Assembly (NCBI GenBank): GCA_951406725.2
Contig: OX597814.1
Span: forward strand, 204,972,001 to 205,036,000
Length of the DNA: 64,000 bases
Source of the DNA: Octopus vulgaris
Taxonomy: Eukaryota
Direction of reading: 5' to 3'
The notes beneath the pieces were generated by a model. That model ran no database searches and was not told the origin of the DNA. It was given only the letters and a program-made list of their open reading frames with translations. Shown in pieces: positions 1 to 13,210 of the stretch; within the stretch, counting starts at the first letter, position 1; every line of letters begins with the position of its first letter. A program made the translations under genes and the position numbers.

Positions 1-191
1 TAATATATACACTGTTATATATTTTGTTTTATATTGTTCTGTTTACCTTCCTTTTTGTACAAATGTGTATTATATTATATAAGTGTAGCATTATGATATA
101 TAAGTTTTTATATTTTACATTTTTATATTTTTATATTTATATGTATATGATTATATAATATTTTTCACTATTATAACAAATTTAATTTAAT

Positions 192-301
192 TCTCTGAAG
201 AGGCCGTGGGGCATCCTTGTTAATGCCTCATTTATACCTGCCTTTATGGCTTATAGGTTAAATGAGGTATGACTGTCCTCACTGCCGAAACAGCTGTCAG
301 T
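192..301 (+). ncRNA. type I hammerhead ribozyme motif with long stem II
   Basis: CTGAAGA (195-201), ggc...gcc closing an extended hairpin, GAAA (287-290), palindromic cagctg, GTC cleavage triplet (296-298); stem I only about 2 bp adjacent to the core. Confidence 0.7.
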
Positions 302-506
302 TTTGATTTATTTGCATATTATATTTGAAATTTTTTACTTATATCTCTTTATCTTTTTACTTTTACTATTACTGTATATCTCATTTCATTTTATATATTG
401 CCTTTACTCATATGTAATGGTGTATTAAAGTATGGATTGAGTATCATCGGATAGTTGATGTTTTACTGATTTAAGTATGTTTCTCCATTCTCTAATTTTG
501 TAGTAT

Positions 507-537
507 TTGTATATATATATATATATTTGTGTGTATA

Positions 538-570
<33 letters not shown>

Positions 571-580
571 TGTGTGTATA

Positions 581-613
<33 letters not shown>

Positions 614-624
614 GCATATGTATG

Positions 625-655
<31 letters not shown>

Positions 656-666
656 GCATATGTATG

Positions 667-699
<33 letters not shown>

Positions 700-1214
700 G
701 CATATGTATGTATATGTATATATATATATGCATATGTATGTATATGTATATATATATATGCATATGTATGTATATGTATATATATATATATATATATGCA
801 TATGTATGTATATGTATATATATATAAATATATATATATATATGCATATGTATGTATATGTATATATATAAATATATATATATATATGCATATGTATGTA
901 TATGTATATATAAATATATATATATATATATGCATATGTATGTATATGTATATATATATAAATATATATATATATATGCATATGTATGTATATGTATATA
1001 TATATAAATATATATATATATATGCATATGTATGTATATGTATATATATATAAATATATATATATATATGCATATGTATGTATATGTATATATATATAAA
1101 TATATATATATATATGTATATGTATTTATGTATGTATATATATGTATATGTATATTTATATATGTATATATAGATGTATGTATATGTATATATACGTATG
1201 TGTGTATATATATA
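507..1214. repeat. compound (TA)n microsatellite with recurring GCATATGTATGTATATG unit
   Basis: directly visible. Confidence 0.95.
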
Positions 1215-1515
1215 TACAAAATGAGAAAATGGAGAAATATATCTAAATCAATCATCAACTGTCAGATAATACCGAATCATATACTTCATTAAAACACTAC
1301 ACAATAGCAATGAGGTTAGACATTAATACAGATATAAATTTTTATATCTTGTTATGTTTATTTAGTTATATCTCACCATATTGTTTGTAATTATTGTACT
1401 GTATTAATGTCTAATCTCATTGCTATTGTGTAGTGTTTTAATGAAGTATATGAATCGGTATTATCTGATAGTTGATGATTGATTTAGATATATTTCTCCA
1501 TTTTCTCATTTTGTA
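1215..1515. repeat. inverted repeat, 117-bp arms (1215-1331 / 1399-1515)
   Basis: Arms are near-perfect reverse complements; a diverged copy of the right arm lies at about 415-505. Confidence 0.9.
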
Positions 1516-2494
1516 TTATTAATTTATGGTAAAAATAATTTTACCTTTGCCCACCTAATACAGTAAATGAATTAATTGCATCGCAATTTTTAACATTTAT
1601 GTATTAGCTTTGTTGGGTACTTCTCTAGCAGTATATTGGATATATGTTATCCCATGAGGGTTGAATTTACAACCCCTATCTCATTTTATATATATATATA
1701 TATATAAATATATATATATGTATAATGTATATTTATATTGGCTTCCATGCCGGTGGCAAGTAAAAATGCTGGTGATACATGAAAAATCATTCAAGCGAGG
1801 TCATTGCTATGGCCGCTGGACTGGCTCCTGTGAAGGTGGCATTTAAAAAAACACCATTTGAGCGTGGCCATTGCCAGTATCGCCTTACTGGCCCTCATGC
1901 CAGTCGTATGTAAAACCACCTACTACAACAGGGGTCGCCACCACCCCCTCCCGGATCTTCATGGAGCTTTAGGTATTTTCGCTCAATAAACACACACAAC
2001 GCCCGGTCTGGGAATTGAAACCGCGATCCTCAGACTGCGAGTCTGCTGCCCTAACCATTGGGCCTCCTCTCACAGCTGCTGCTGGTGCCACATGAAAAGC
2101 ATCCTGTACACTCTGGATAGTGGTCAGCAACAAGAAGGGCATCCAGCCATAGAAACAATTCCAAAGAAGACAGTAGAGCTTGGTGCAGGCTTCTGACTTG
2201 ACAGTTCCTATCAAAATGTTCGACCAATGCCAGCATGGAAAGAGGACTTTAAATGATGATGATTATGACATCTGCAATGAAAAAGAAAAGAAAAACCATT
2301 TAGGTAGATTCAAAATAAAATAATGCTAGAACATAAACAATAATGGCAGTGTGGTAAGAAGTTTGTTTCCCAACCACCTGGTTCGAGGTTCAGTTCCACT
2401 GCAAGGCACTTTGGGTGAGTGTCTTCTATAATAGCTTTTGGCTGACCAAAGCTTTGTGAGTGGATTTGGTAGACAGAAACTAAAAGAAGTTCAT

Positions 2495-3005
2495 CACCAT
2501 CATCATCATCGTTTAATGTCTGCTTTCTGTGCTGGCATGGGTTGGATGGTTTGACTTAGGATTGGCAAGCCAGGAGGCTGCACCAAGCTCCAATCTGATG
2601 TGGCAAGGTTTCTACAGCTGGATGCCCTTCCTAATGCCAACCACTCTGAGAGTGTAGTGGGTGATTTTTACATGCCACCAGTACAGGAGCCAGTCAGGCA
2701 GCACTGGCATCGGCCACACTCGAATGGTGATTTTTACGTGTCATGTGTAAAAGGATTCAAGCGAGGTCGTTGCCAGTACCGTGTGACTGGTCCACGTGCC
2801 GGTGGCATATAAAAAGCACCCACCACACTCTTGGAGTGGTTGGCGTTAGGAAGGGCATCCAGCTGTAGAAACACTGCCAGATCAAGATTGGAGCCTGGTG
2901 CAGCCATCTGGTTCGCCAGCCCTCAGTCAAAATTGTCCAACCCATGCTAGCATGGAAAGCGGACGTTAAACGATGATGATGATGATGATGATAATGATGA
3001 TGATG
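2495..3005. mobile_element. head-to-head pair of RTE 3' UTR fragments (representative of more than 25 copies in the window)
   Basis: catcatcatcgtttaa...ggatgcccttcctaa on one strand followed by the reverse-complement copy; other copies at e.g. 13886, 19290, 20195, 20870, 21545, 29575, 44960, 50995, 53648, 57055. Confidence 0.85.
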
Positions 3006-3239
3006 TTGGTAGCTCAGAAAACGTACCACTTCATCTATCAGCCAAGCAGAGGCTACCCTTACATCTGGCAACAATTTCTGTGACGCAAACGGATTATTTT
3101 TTCAGTTCGATCCATTTTGTGCCAAAGGTCAGTCAATGAAAAAACAAGATTACAAGTTTTTGTTATAAATTTTTGCCCTTCTAGAGTTTTTTTTTTTTGG
3201 CCTATCTATGTCACCGCTGAAAGACTTAAATGGGTCAGT

Positions 3240-3790
3240 TGTGTGACACCAGTATCGACTACAGTTATCATCTCACTTGACTTGCCAAGTCTTCTCAAGT
3301 ACAGCATATCTCCAAAAGTCTCGGTTGCTTGTCATTGCCTCTGTGAGGCCTAACGTTTGAAGGTCATGCTTCACCACCTCATCCCATGTGTTCCTGAGTT
3401 ACCTCTTCCACAGGTTCCCTCCACTGTTAGGGTGTGACACTTCTTCACACAGCTGCCCTCATCCATAAGCATTAAATGACCATACTAGCACAGTCGTCTC
3501 TCTTGCATACCACATCTGATGCTTCTTATGTCCAACTGTTCTCTCAGGATGCTTACATACACTCTGTCATACATGCATACTGACATTACACATCTAGCAG
3601 AGCATACTAGCTTCATTTCTTTCAAGCCTATGCATGTCCTCAGCAGTCACAGCCCATGTTTCACTGCCGTGTAGCACGGCTGTTCACACACATGCTTCAT
3701 ACGATCTACCTTTTGCTCTGAGCGAGAGGCCCTCCGTCACCAGCAGAGGTAGGAGCTCTCTGAACTTTGCCCAGGCTATTCTTATTCTAT
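3240..3790 (-). mobile_element. decayed RTE LINE ORF fragment
   Basis: Aligns by eye with 48170-48670; similar fragments at about 34300-34560, 44470-44810, 54510-54950, 61082-61400. Confidence 0.8.
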
Positions 3791-4450
3791 ACATAAATGT
3801 GTGTGAGAGAGATTTGTGTCTGTTTGTTACCCACCATCTGAAATATTGAGATAAGTTATCTACTTCATGGTTAGATAAAAATCACAGTTTATACTAACTG
3901 CTGTCCACCCCCCACCCCCCCGTGTTTGTTCAGTCAACACACCACTCCTCAGCTTTACCCCTCCCCACCTCCCACAGTACCTGCTTCTACTATTGCTTCC
4001 TGCACCTAAGTTAAAATTATTAAATGTTTGCAGAAGATATGTTTAACAATGAGACTTCAAAGTTAACAGTTACTATTAATATCAAATATTATGTTTCAAC
4101 TCTAGGAATAGAGTTTAAATCCTCTTGTTTGGTGCCTGTTTAGTATATCAGCTGTACAAGCCTTCAAAACACACACACACACCTACCTACTCATGTAGTG
4201 GGAGGATATACTTGAGTGTGAATGTAAAGATAGAAGAATAAAATATTTCTCTGATTGTTTTGTACAAAAGGTGGTGGTCACATGATATTCAATGCCATAG
4301 TGTATATATATATATATACATATATTTACAGTGTATATGCATATACACATATATATACATATATATACATATACACTGTAAATATATGTATATATACATA
4401 TACACTGTAAATCATCATCATCATCGTTAAACGACGATGATGATGATGAT

Positions 4451-7400
4451 TTACAGTGTATATGTATATATACATATATTTACAGTGTATATGTATATAC
4501 ACATATATTTACAGTGTATATGTATATACACATATATTTACAGTGTATATGTATATATATACATATATTTACAGTGTATATGTATATACACATATATTTA
4601 CAGTGTATATGTATATATACATATATTTACAGTGTATATGTATATACACATATATTTACAGTGTATATGTATATATACATATATTTACAGTGTATATGCA
4701 TATATACATATATTTACAGTGTATATGTATATACACATATATTTACAGTGTATATGTATATATACATATATTTACAGTGTATATGTATATACACATATAT
4801 TTACAGTGTATATGTATATACACATATATTTACAGTGTATATGCATATATACATATATTTACAGTGTATATGTATATATACATATATTTACAGTGTATAT
4901 GTATATACACATATATTTACAGTGTATATGTATATATACATATATTTACAGTGTATATGTATATATACATATATTTACAGTGTATATGTATATATACATA
5001 TATTTACAGTGTATATGTATATACACATATATTTACAGTGTATATGTATATACACATATATTTACAGTGTATATGTATATATACATATATTTACAGTGTA
5101 TATGTATATACACATATATTTACAGTGTATATGTATATACACATATATTTACAGTGTATATGTATATATACATATATTTACAGTGTATATGTATATATAC
5201 ATATATTTACAGTGTATATGTATATATACATATATTTACAGTGTATATGTATATATACATATATTTACAGTGTATATGTATATATACATATATTTACAGT
5301 GTATATGTATATATACATATATTTACAGTGTATATGTATATATACATATATTTACAGTGTATATATACATATATTTACAGTGTATATGTATATACACATA
5401 TATTTACAGTGTATATGTATATACACATATATTTACAGTGTATATGTATATATACATATATTTACAGTGTATATGTATATACACATATATTTACAGTGTA
5501 TATGTATACATACATATATTTACAGTGTATATGTATATATACATATATTTACAGTGTATATGTATATACACATATATTTACAGTGTATATGTATATACAC
5601 ATATATTTACAGTGTATATGTATATACACATATATTTACAGTGTATATGTATATACACATATTTACAGTGTATATGTATATATACATATATTTACAGTGT
5701 ATATGTATATATACATATATTTACAGTGTATATGTATATACACATATATTTACAGTGTATATGTATATACACATATATTTACAGTGTATATGTATACATA
5801 CATATATTTACAGTGTATATGTATATATACATATATTTACAGTGTATATGTATATACACATATATTTACAGTGTATATGTATATACACATATATTTACAG
5901 TGTATATGTATATATACATATATTTACAGTGTATATGTATATACACATATATTTACAGTGTATATGTATACATACATATATTTACAGTGTATATGTATAT
6001 ATACATATATTTACAGTGTATATGTATATACACATATATTTACAGTGTATATGTATATACACATATATTTACAGTGTATATGCATATACACATATATTTA
6101 CAGTGTATATGTATATACACATATATTTACAGTGTATATGTATATATATACATATATTTACAGTGTATATGTATATATATACATATATTTACAGTGTATA
6201 TGTATATATACATATATTTACAGTGTATATGTATATACACATATATTTACAGTGTATATGTATATATATACATATATTTACAGTGTATATGCATATATAC
6301 ATATATTTACAGTGTATATGTATATACACATATATTTACAGTGTATATGCATATACACATATATTTACAGTGTATATGCATATATACATATATTTACAGT
6401 GTATATGCATATATACATATATTTACAGTGTATATGTATATATACATATATTTACAGTGTATATGTATATATACATATATTTACAGTGTATATGTATATA
6501 TACATATATTTACAGTGTATATGTATATATACATATATTTACAGTGTATATGTATATACACATATATTTACAGTGTATATGTATATATACATATATTTAC
6601 AGTGTATATGTATATATACATATATTTACAGTGTATATGTATATACACATATATTTACAGTGTATATGCATATATACATATATTTACAGTGTATATGCAT
6701 ATACACATATATTTACAGTGTATATGTATATACACATATATTTACAGTGTATATGTATATACACATATATTTACAGTGTATATGTATATATACATATATT
6801 TACAGTGTATATGTATATATACATATATTTACAGTGTATATGTATATATACATATATTTACAGTGTATATGTATATACACATATATTTACAGTGTATATG
6901 CATATACACATATATTTACAGTGTATATGTATATACACATATATTTACAGTGTATATGTATATACACATATATTTACAGTGTATATGCATATACACATAT
7001 ATTTACAGTGTATATGCATATATACATATATTTACAGTGTATATGCATATACACATATATTTACAGTGTATATGCATATACACATATATTTACAGTGTAT
7101 ATGCATATACACATATATTTACAGTGTATATGTATATACACATATATTTACAGTGTATATGCATATACACATATATTTACAGTGTATATGCATATATACA
7201 TATATTTACAGTGTATATGTATATATACATATATTTACAGTGTATATGTATATACACATATATTTACAGTGTATATGTATATATACATATATTTACAGTG
7301 TATATGTATATATACATATATTTACAGTGTATATGTATATATACATATATTTACAGTGTATATGTATATATACATATATTTACAGTGTATATGTATATAT

Positions 7401-7552
7401 ACATATATTTACAGTGTATATGTATATACACATATATTTACAGTGTATATGTATATATACATATATTTACAGTGTATATGTATATATACATATATTTACA
7501 GTGTATATGTATATATACATATATTTACAGTGTATATGTATATATACATATT
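4451..7552. repeat. 29-bp tandem satellite (TTTACAGTGTATATGTATATAYACATATA), about 105 copies
   Basis: 29-nt periodicity of ACAGTG; the 1000-aa ORFs here are artefacts. Confidence 0.97.
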
Positions 7553-8442
7553 TTCACAGTCACACACACACATATATCTATCTGCCTGTGGAGTTAATAG
7601 AGGGGTACCTCCGGGTAGATTGACGTGTACCCGGGTGAATAATTGATCGAATATATGATGTAATTTTATAAATCATCATCATCATTATTTAGCATCTATA
7701 TTCTATGCTGGCATGGGTTGGACAGTTTGAATGGGCTGGTACACTGGAAGGCTGCACCAGGCTCCAGTCTGATTTGACATGGCTTCCTATGGCTGGATGC
7801 CCTTCCTAACGCCAACCACTCTGAGAGTGTAATAGGTGCTTTTATGTGCCATTTGCATGACCCCAGTATCTGCCACAACTGCAATTTTGCTCAGCTTCAT
7901 GGGTCTTCTTCCCAAGCATGACGTAATGCCAAAGGTCTTGGTCATTGCCTCCATGAGGCCCAACACTCGAAAGGAACTCAGCCACCTTGCCTTCATGGGA
8001 CCCAACACTTAAATGGAAGATCATTTGTCATATTTAAGCAAAATGTTTTTCTCTTTATATCATCATCATCATCATCATTTAATGTCCATTTTCCATGCTG
8101 ACATGGGTTGGATGATTTGACAGGAGCTGGCAAACTGGAAAACAACACCAGACTCCAATTGTCTGGTTTGGCATGGTTTCTACTGCTGGATGCCCTTCCT
8201 AATGTCAACCACTTTACAGAGTGTACTGCGTGCTTTTTATGTGGGACTGGCTCCAATAATTTATACATGGCACCAGCAAGAGTGCTCTTTACATAGAACA
8301 AAAGAAAATTATTCGGTGTGTAAAATGCTTTTCTCTTCAGTTTTTGTGTTAATTCATTAAGTATTGTCTCATTACTAGAACCGCTCTTTTAATTAACTTT
8401 TTTAATATAGTCTAATTATTGAAGCATGTCTCTTAATTGTAG

Positions 8443-8517
8443 ATGTTTGCTGGAGTTATTCAAGCAAGTGGAACTGCCAGACACCAGAGTTTTGTGGAGA
8501 AATGTAAAAATTTTGAA
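8443..8517 (+). CDS. ACOX3: ACOX3 coding exon (MFAGVIQASGTARHQSFVEKCKNFE)
   Basis: ttgtag| acceptor, |gtaagt donor, 75 nt, phase 0/0; resembles the ACOX3 segment preceding IFGCFALTE. Confidence 0.8.
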
Positions 8518-9867
8518 GTAAGTGTATATGTCACTTTATATCAGTGCCATCATCATCATCATCATCATCATCCGCTTTCCATGCTGGCATGAGTTGGATG
8601 GTTTGACCAGGGCTGGCAAGCTGGAAGGCAGCACCAGACTCCAGTCTGATTTGGTATGGTTTATACAGCTGGATGCCTTTCCTAATGCCAACCACTCTGG
8701 GAGTGTAATAGGTGCTTTTATGTGCCACTGGCATGGGTGCCATTTGTGTGACACTGCCATGACTGTGGCTTGATGGGTCTTCTTCTCAAGCATGGCATAA
8801 TGCCAAATAGACTCGGCCGTTGCCTCCGTGAGGCCCAATGCTCAAAGACCGGCATAATGCTAAATGGTCTTGGTCCTTGTCTTCATGAAGCTCAATGCTC
8901 AAAAGGTGCTTCTACATGCCACTGGCACGGGTGCCATTTATGTGACACCAGTATCTGCCACAACTGTGGTTTTGCTCAGCTTGATGGGTCTTCTTCTCAA
9001 GCACAATATAATGCCAAAGGTGTTAGTCATTGCCTTTGTGAGGACCAGTGCTCGAAAAGAGCTGAACCACTTTGCCTCCATGAGGCTCAACACTTGAAAG
9101 GTACTTTTTACGTGCCACCTGCACAGGTGCCAGTTATGTAACACCAGCATCAGTCACGACTGCAATTACACTTGGCTTGATGGGTCTTCTCAATCACAGC
9201 ATATTGCCAAAGGTCTTGGTCGCTAGTCATTGCCTCTGTGAGGCCCAAAGTCCAGAGATCATGCTTCACCACCTCATCCCATGTCTTCCTGGTCTAACTC
9301 TGCTACAGGTTCCTGCCATAGTTAGGGATTGGCACTTCTTTGCACAGCTGTCACAGTGTATATGAAAAATATAAAATCCTCACCACCACCACTACCATCA
9401 TTGTCATCATCATCACCACCACCCAGCCCCAACCCCACCGCACTCCCACCACCATCATTATTATCCTCCTCATCATCATCATCATCACTATCAAATTTGC
9501 TTGGCTCAGGGGGAAATTTCTTAAATTCTAAAAGTTAGGTGTTTAGTTGGTGCCCTCATGAGAGGAAATATAAGTTAGAGACATGGAACTCTCCATTTGC
9601 TGACTAATGAACAGAAGCCATACATAAATTGGCCCTTTTCAGATACATCTAGAACTTGTCAAAAGGGGTTTTTGTTTTCAAGAATTTCATTTCTGGGTTT
9701 TATTTCACAATCTTGCTGACGAAGACTGTATTCTTACCTTCATTAATAAAGAGTTTATGTACCTCCAGTCAGCAGGTCTGAGAGCCTAAGAGATGTGAAA
9801 CTAATGGTAATTTTCTAACCAGCTATAGCCCAAAACCACATTAATAACATACATACATCCATCCATC

Positions 9868-10840
9868 ATGCATGTGATTAGCAGCTGTCCTAAAATTTCA
9901 TCATGGTACTACTTCCCTAAGCAGCATAATGTTGTTGCTAAAACAATTTACAATACCATCCACAAAAAAGACTGTCCCAAAATAAACTTAGAAAATCCCT
10001 CTGTTATTGAATACATTCATAAACACCAACTCAAGGAATACTGGTGGAATATTCCCATCAAAACTTCTGTCAAATGTAAGCGTAACAGACTAGATTTTGT
10101 CGTTTGGGGCAGAGGGGCAAAGGTATGTACCATCATAGAGGTCAGCTGCCCTGCAGATATAAATATCTCTTTGAAAATCAAAGATAAAGAGGATATCTAT
10201 GGACAACTGCTTTGAAACCTCCAGCTTCTATATCTAGACTATGAATTCATATTCATACCAATAATAATTGGAGCACTAGATTTTGTTAATAAATGCTTAA
10301 AGGAGAATCTGGATAAACTGGGATTTCCAGAAAGAGAAATTGACTGGCTGATTCGTACATTACAAGTTCAATCTGTGAGTGGAACAGTAAAACTATGCAG
10401 GACTTTTCTCAAGTTCCAAACATGAATTTGTCTGTATTAACTACATACCAAAGATGGAGCCTTGTATTTTTGTTGGAAACCAGCTCCCTCCTCAGTGGAA
10501 GATTTATAATAATTAAAAAATAGAAGAAATATACACACATATCCTGAAATCAGAAATTAGCTGTCCAGCAGATATTAGCATATATACTGAAGGTCAGGGA
10601 AAAAGAGAATACCTATGCTGAACTATTGAGAAATCTGCATTTACTCTATCCAGATTACAAGTTCAGGTTTATACCTGTAATTATTGGGGCACAGGGATAT
10701 ATAACACACTGCCTAAATACCAATCTTGAGGAATTAGGCTTCTCAAAACCAGAAAAGAGAAAGCTAATTTGAAGACTACAGATCCAATCCATCAGTGGAA
10801 CTGAAAATCTTTAAAACTTTCCGGAAGTTTCTTATTTAAA
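9868..10840 (+). mobile_element. two decayed 3' fragments of a non-LTR retrotransposon with restriction-like endonuclease (R4/Dong/NeSL-type)
   Basis: HVISSC..., NRLDFVVW, IIEVSCP, K..IYGQL, IPIIIGAL motifs with stops; second partial copy at about 10560-10840. Confidence 0.7.
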
Positions 10841-10926
10841 TATATATGAGTATGTCTAGATATGTAACTATATGCATGAGAAGATATACATAAAGCAAAA
10901 CATACAAATCTTCACACATACATACA

Positions 10927-11250
10927 TGGTCATGAATGACCATGGGATTGTGCCGAGAAAGTTACCCTCTGAGGCAGAATTTCAGGCTAGGTTGTTTACA
11001 GAAGACCAGCAGTCGCCCCTGCATACCAGCCTCCCCTCTCCATGCCACTGATGTTATCCAAGGGAAAGGCAAAGGGGTCGATACAGCTTGGCACCAGTGA
11101 CGTCACAACTCATTTCTACAGCTGAGTGAACTGGAGCAACGTGAAATAAAGTGTCTTGCTCAAGAACACAACACGCAGCCTGGTCCACGAATTGAAATCA
11201 CAACCTCATGATCATAAGCTCGACGCTCTAACCACTGAGCCATGTGCCTT
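10927..11250 (-). mobile_element. tRNA-derived SINE (family D)
   Basis: Minus strand starts ggcacatggctcagtggttagagcg (A-box) and includes ttcttgagcaagacact; related decayed copies at about 17270-17545 and 63330-63430. Confidence 0.65.
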
Positions 11251-11339
11251 TACATACAAACAAACAAACCCACCCACCCTATTGTTGGTGTTGAAATTCA
11301 AATGATGGCACCTTGGATCTAGGAAACTGTTTCTAGAAA

Positions 11340-11725
11340 TCTTTATTTATAAAAGTGAGGTTGTGTGCTGTCTGTCTCCTACGATTTAGATTCCTAACTA
11401 CTCCCACATTTTGCGGTGCAGTTTAACCAAAACCGGGTATCTTATAGTCGTGATTCATATCGAGCCTTTCTGGGTATTGGCGCGCGTCTACGATGAGTCT
11501 ACGATTTAAAAAAAAATTTACCATCAATTTTTCCCATTTTTAACGCATTTTTGGCATATATAAGGGAAGCAACTCTATAAAAATTTATTATTAAATCTCA
11601 GAACGTAAAAAGCTACAGTAACCCCCCCCCCCCATATTGAGATGGCTATTATACTTCACATCTCTAAAAATGCTTATATAGTTATTTCCCTTACAAACCC
11701 GAGCAATGCCGGGCGATACTGCTAG
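11340..11725 (+). mobile_element. non-autonomous Helitron
   Basis: 5' TC, subterminal hairpin cccgagcaatgccggg, 3' CTAG, inserted between A and T with no TSD; second copy at 28333-28728. Confidence 0.85.
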
Positions 11726-11937
11726 TCTTGAAATAAAACTGAACAATGACATACAAATCTACATATATGGGTATGAAGACTATAGAAACTTTAAAATACA
11801 GGCAACAGAGTGGTAGGAAAAAAAATCAAGTTGTAGGACAATGTAATCAAATCGGTTTTTATTCAGAAAACTTCCTCTCACTTCTTTTCTCTTCAGAAAC
11901 CTCTGTAGTAGTCTGCCCAACAGTTCAGCATCTTTAA

Positions 11938-12159
11938 CCCTTTCATTACTGTATTTATTTTGAGATGTTCTGTGTTTCTTTCAATTAATTTTAAATTTAA
12001 CAAAGAATTTAGTAAAATTACTTAGTTATCATTGAGTTAGTGTTAGAAACATAAATTGTGACTAAGGTTTGGTGGAAGATTTTAATTCAAAACTTTTGAA
12101 AACAAGACATTTGTATTACAGAGCCAGAGCCAGTTTGAACCAAGTTGGTATCAAAAGGG
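11938..12159 (+). mobile_element. piggyBac-type MITE
   Basis: TTAA|CCCTTT...AAAGGG|TTAA; further copies at 12180-12398 and 22027-22248. Confidence 0.8.
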
Positions 12160-12179
12160 TTAAATTAATCATTTGTTAA

Positions 12180-12398
12180 CCCTTTTGTCACCATATTTCT
12201 GTTGAAATATTTTGTGTTTCTTTCAATTAATTCTAAATTTAACAAAGAATTTAGTAAAATAACTTAGTTATCATTAAGCTAGTGTTAGGAACATAAATTG
12301 TGACTAAGGTTTGGAAGATTTTGATTCAAAACTTCTGAAATCAAGACATTTGTACTACAGAGCCAGAGCCAGTTTCAGCCAGGTTGGTAACGAAAGGG
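12180..12398 (+). mobile_element. piggyBac-type MITE (tandem second copy)
   Basis: TTAA-flanked CCCTTT...AAAGGG, similar along its length to 11938-12159. Confidence 0.8.
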
Positions 12399-12636
12399 TT
12401 AATGCAGAAAAATCTCCATCTCTCATGATCAGTCATGACTGAATTTGTGAAAGGAGTCACAGTTTTGTTTTCACATGATGCTGTACTATTACCATCATTC
12501 TTTACTCTTCACTTTCATGCTATAACATTCGTCACAGCATTATCACCATCACATTGTATTCATATAACCTTCATATTCCTGTACGATTGCCACCACTGTA
12601 CTCACACTATTAATCGTTGTTGTTGTATTTCTGCAG

Positions 12637-12726
12637 ATATTTGGTTGTTTTGCCCTCACTGAGATGGGTCATGGCAGTAACACAAGAGCCATACAAACTG
12701 TGGCCACCTATCAACCCTCAACACAG
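12637..12726 (+). CDS. ACOX3: ACOX3 coding exon ([30 protein letters not shown])
   Basis: ctgcag| acceptor, |gttggt donor, 90 nt; FAD-binding TE-x-x-HGS motif. Confidence 0.93.
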
Positions 12727-12828
12727 GTTGGTTTACAACACTTTCTGTTTTATTCAGTTTCTGTTTGGTCTCTTCTTGCATATGATGATGATGAAGATGA
12801 AGGCGATGCTGCTGCTGCTGCTGCTGCT

Positions 12829-13210
12829 GTTTGTTTGTTTGTTGAGCAAAGTGGTCTTCGTCCCAAAGCTCGCAAGATCGTGTCTGAGGAGAAGTCCGAA
12901 ACGTGGCCCTTTGCTATTCATAAGACCCGCATAAGAGAAAGCAGGTCAACCCCCGACACCGAGAGCATCGACGGATGGATGAATGCACATCCAGGCTCAG
13001 CGGTTGCGTAGGAAGTCGGGGACAAGAAACAGGAAGAAAGAGTGTGAGAAAGTTGGAGTACAACAGGGGTCGCCACCACCCCCTGCTGGAGCCTCGTGGA
13101 GCTTTAGTTGTTTTCGCTCAATAAACACACACAATGCCCGGTCTGGGAATCAAAACCGCGATCCTCCAACTGCGAGTCTGCTGCACTTACCACTGGGCCA
13201 TTGTGCCTCC
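12829..13210 (-). mobile_element. tRNA-derived SINE (family C, tail type 1 ending in (CAAA)n)
   Basis: Head ggcacaatggcccagtggtaag...gattcccagaccggg shared with 44082-44385 and about 1925-2065. Confidence 0.75.

Noticed and set aside
425-1292. Multiple YI-rich ORFs on both strands
   Set aside because: (TA)n microsatellite artefacts; the same applies at 51364-52154
4437-7646. Three ORFs of more than 1000 aa
   Set aside because: Translations of the stop-free 29-bp satellite; no protein complexity
1-8442. Further upstream ACOX3 exons or promoter
   Set aside because: No exon with ACOX-like translation and good splice sites found; the ATG at 8443 follows an acceptor AG and is treated as internal
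9716-9825. Possible hammerhead (CTGACGA...GAAActaatggTA)
   Set aside because: Stems I and II do not pair next to the core; at best a heavily decayed relic
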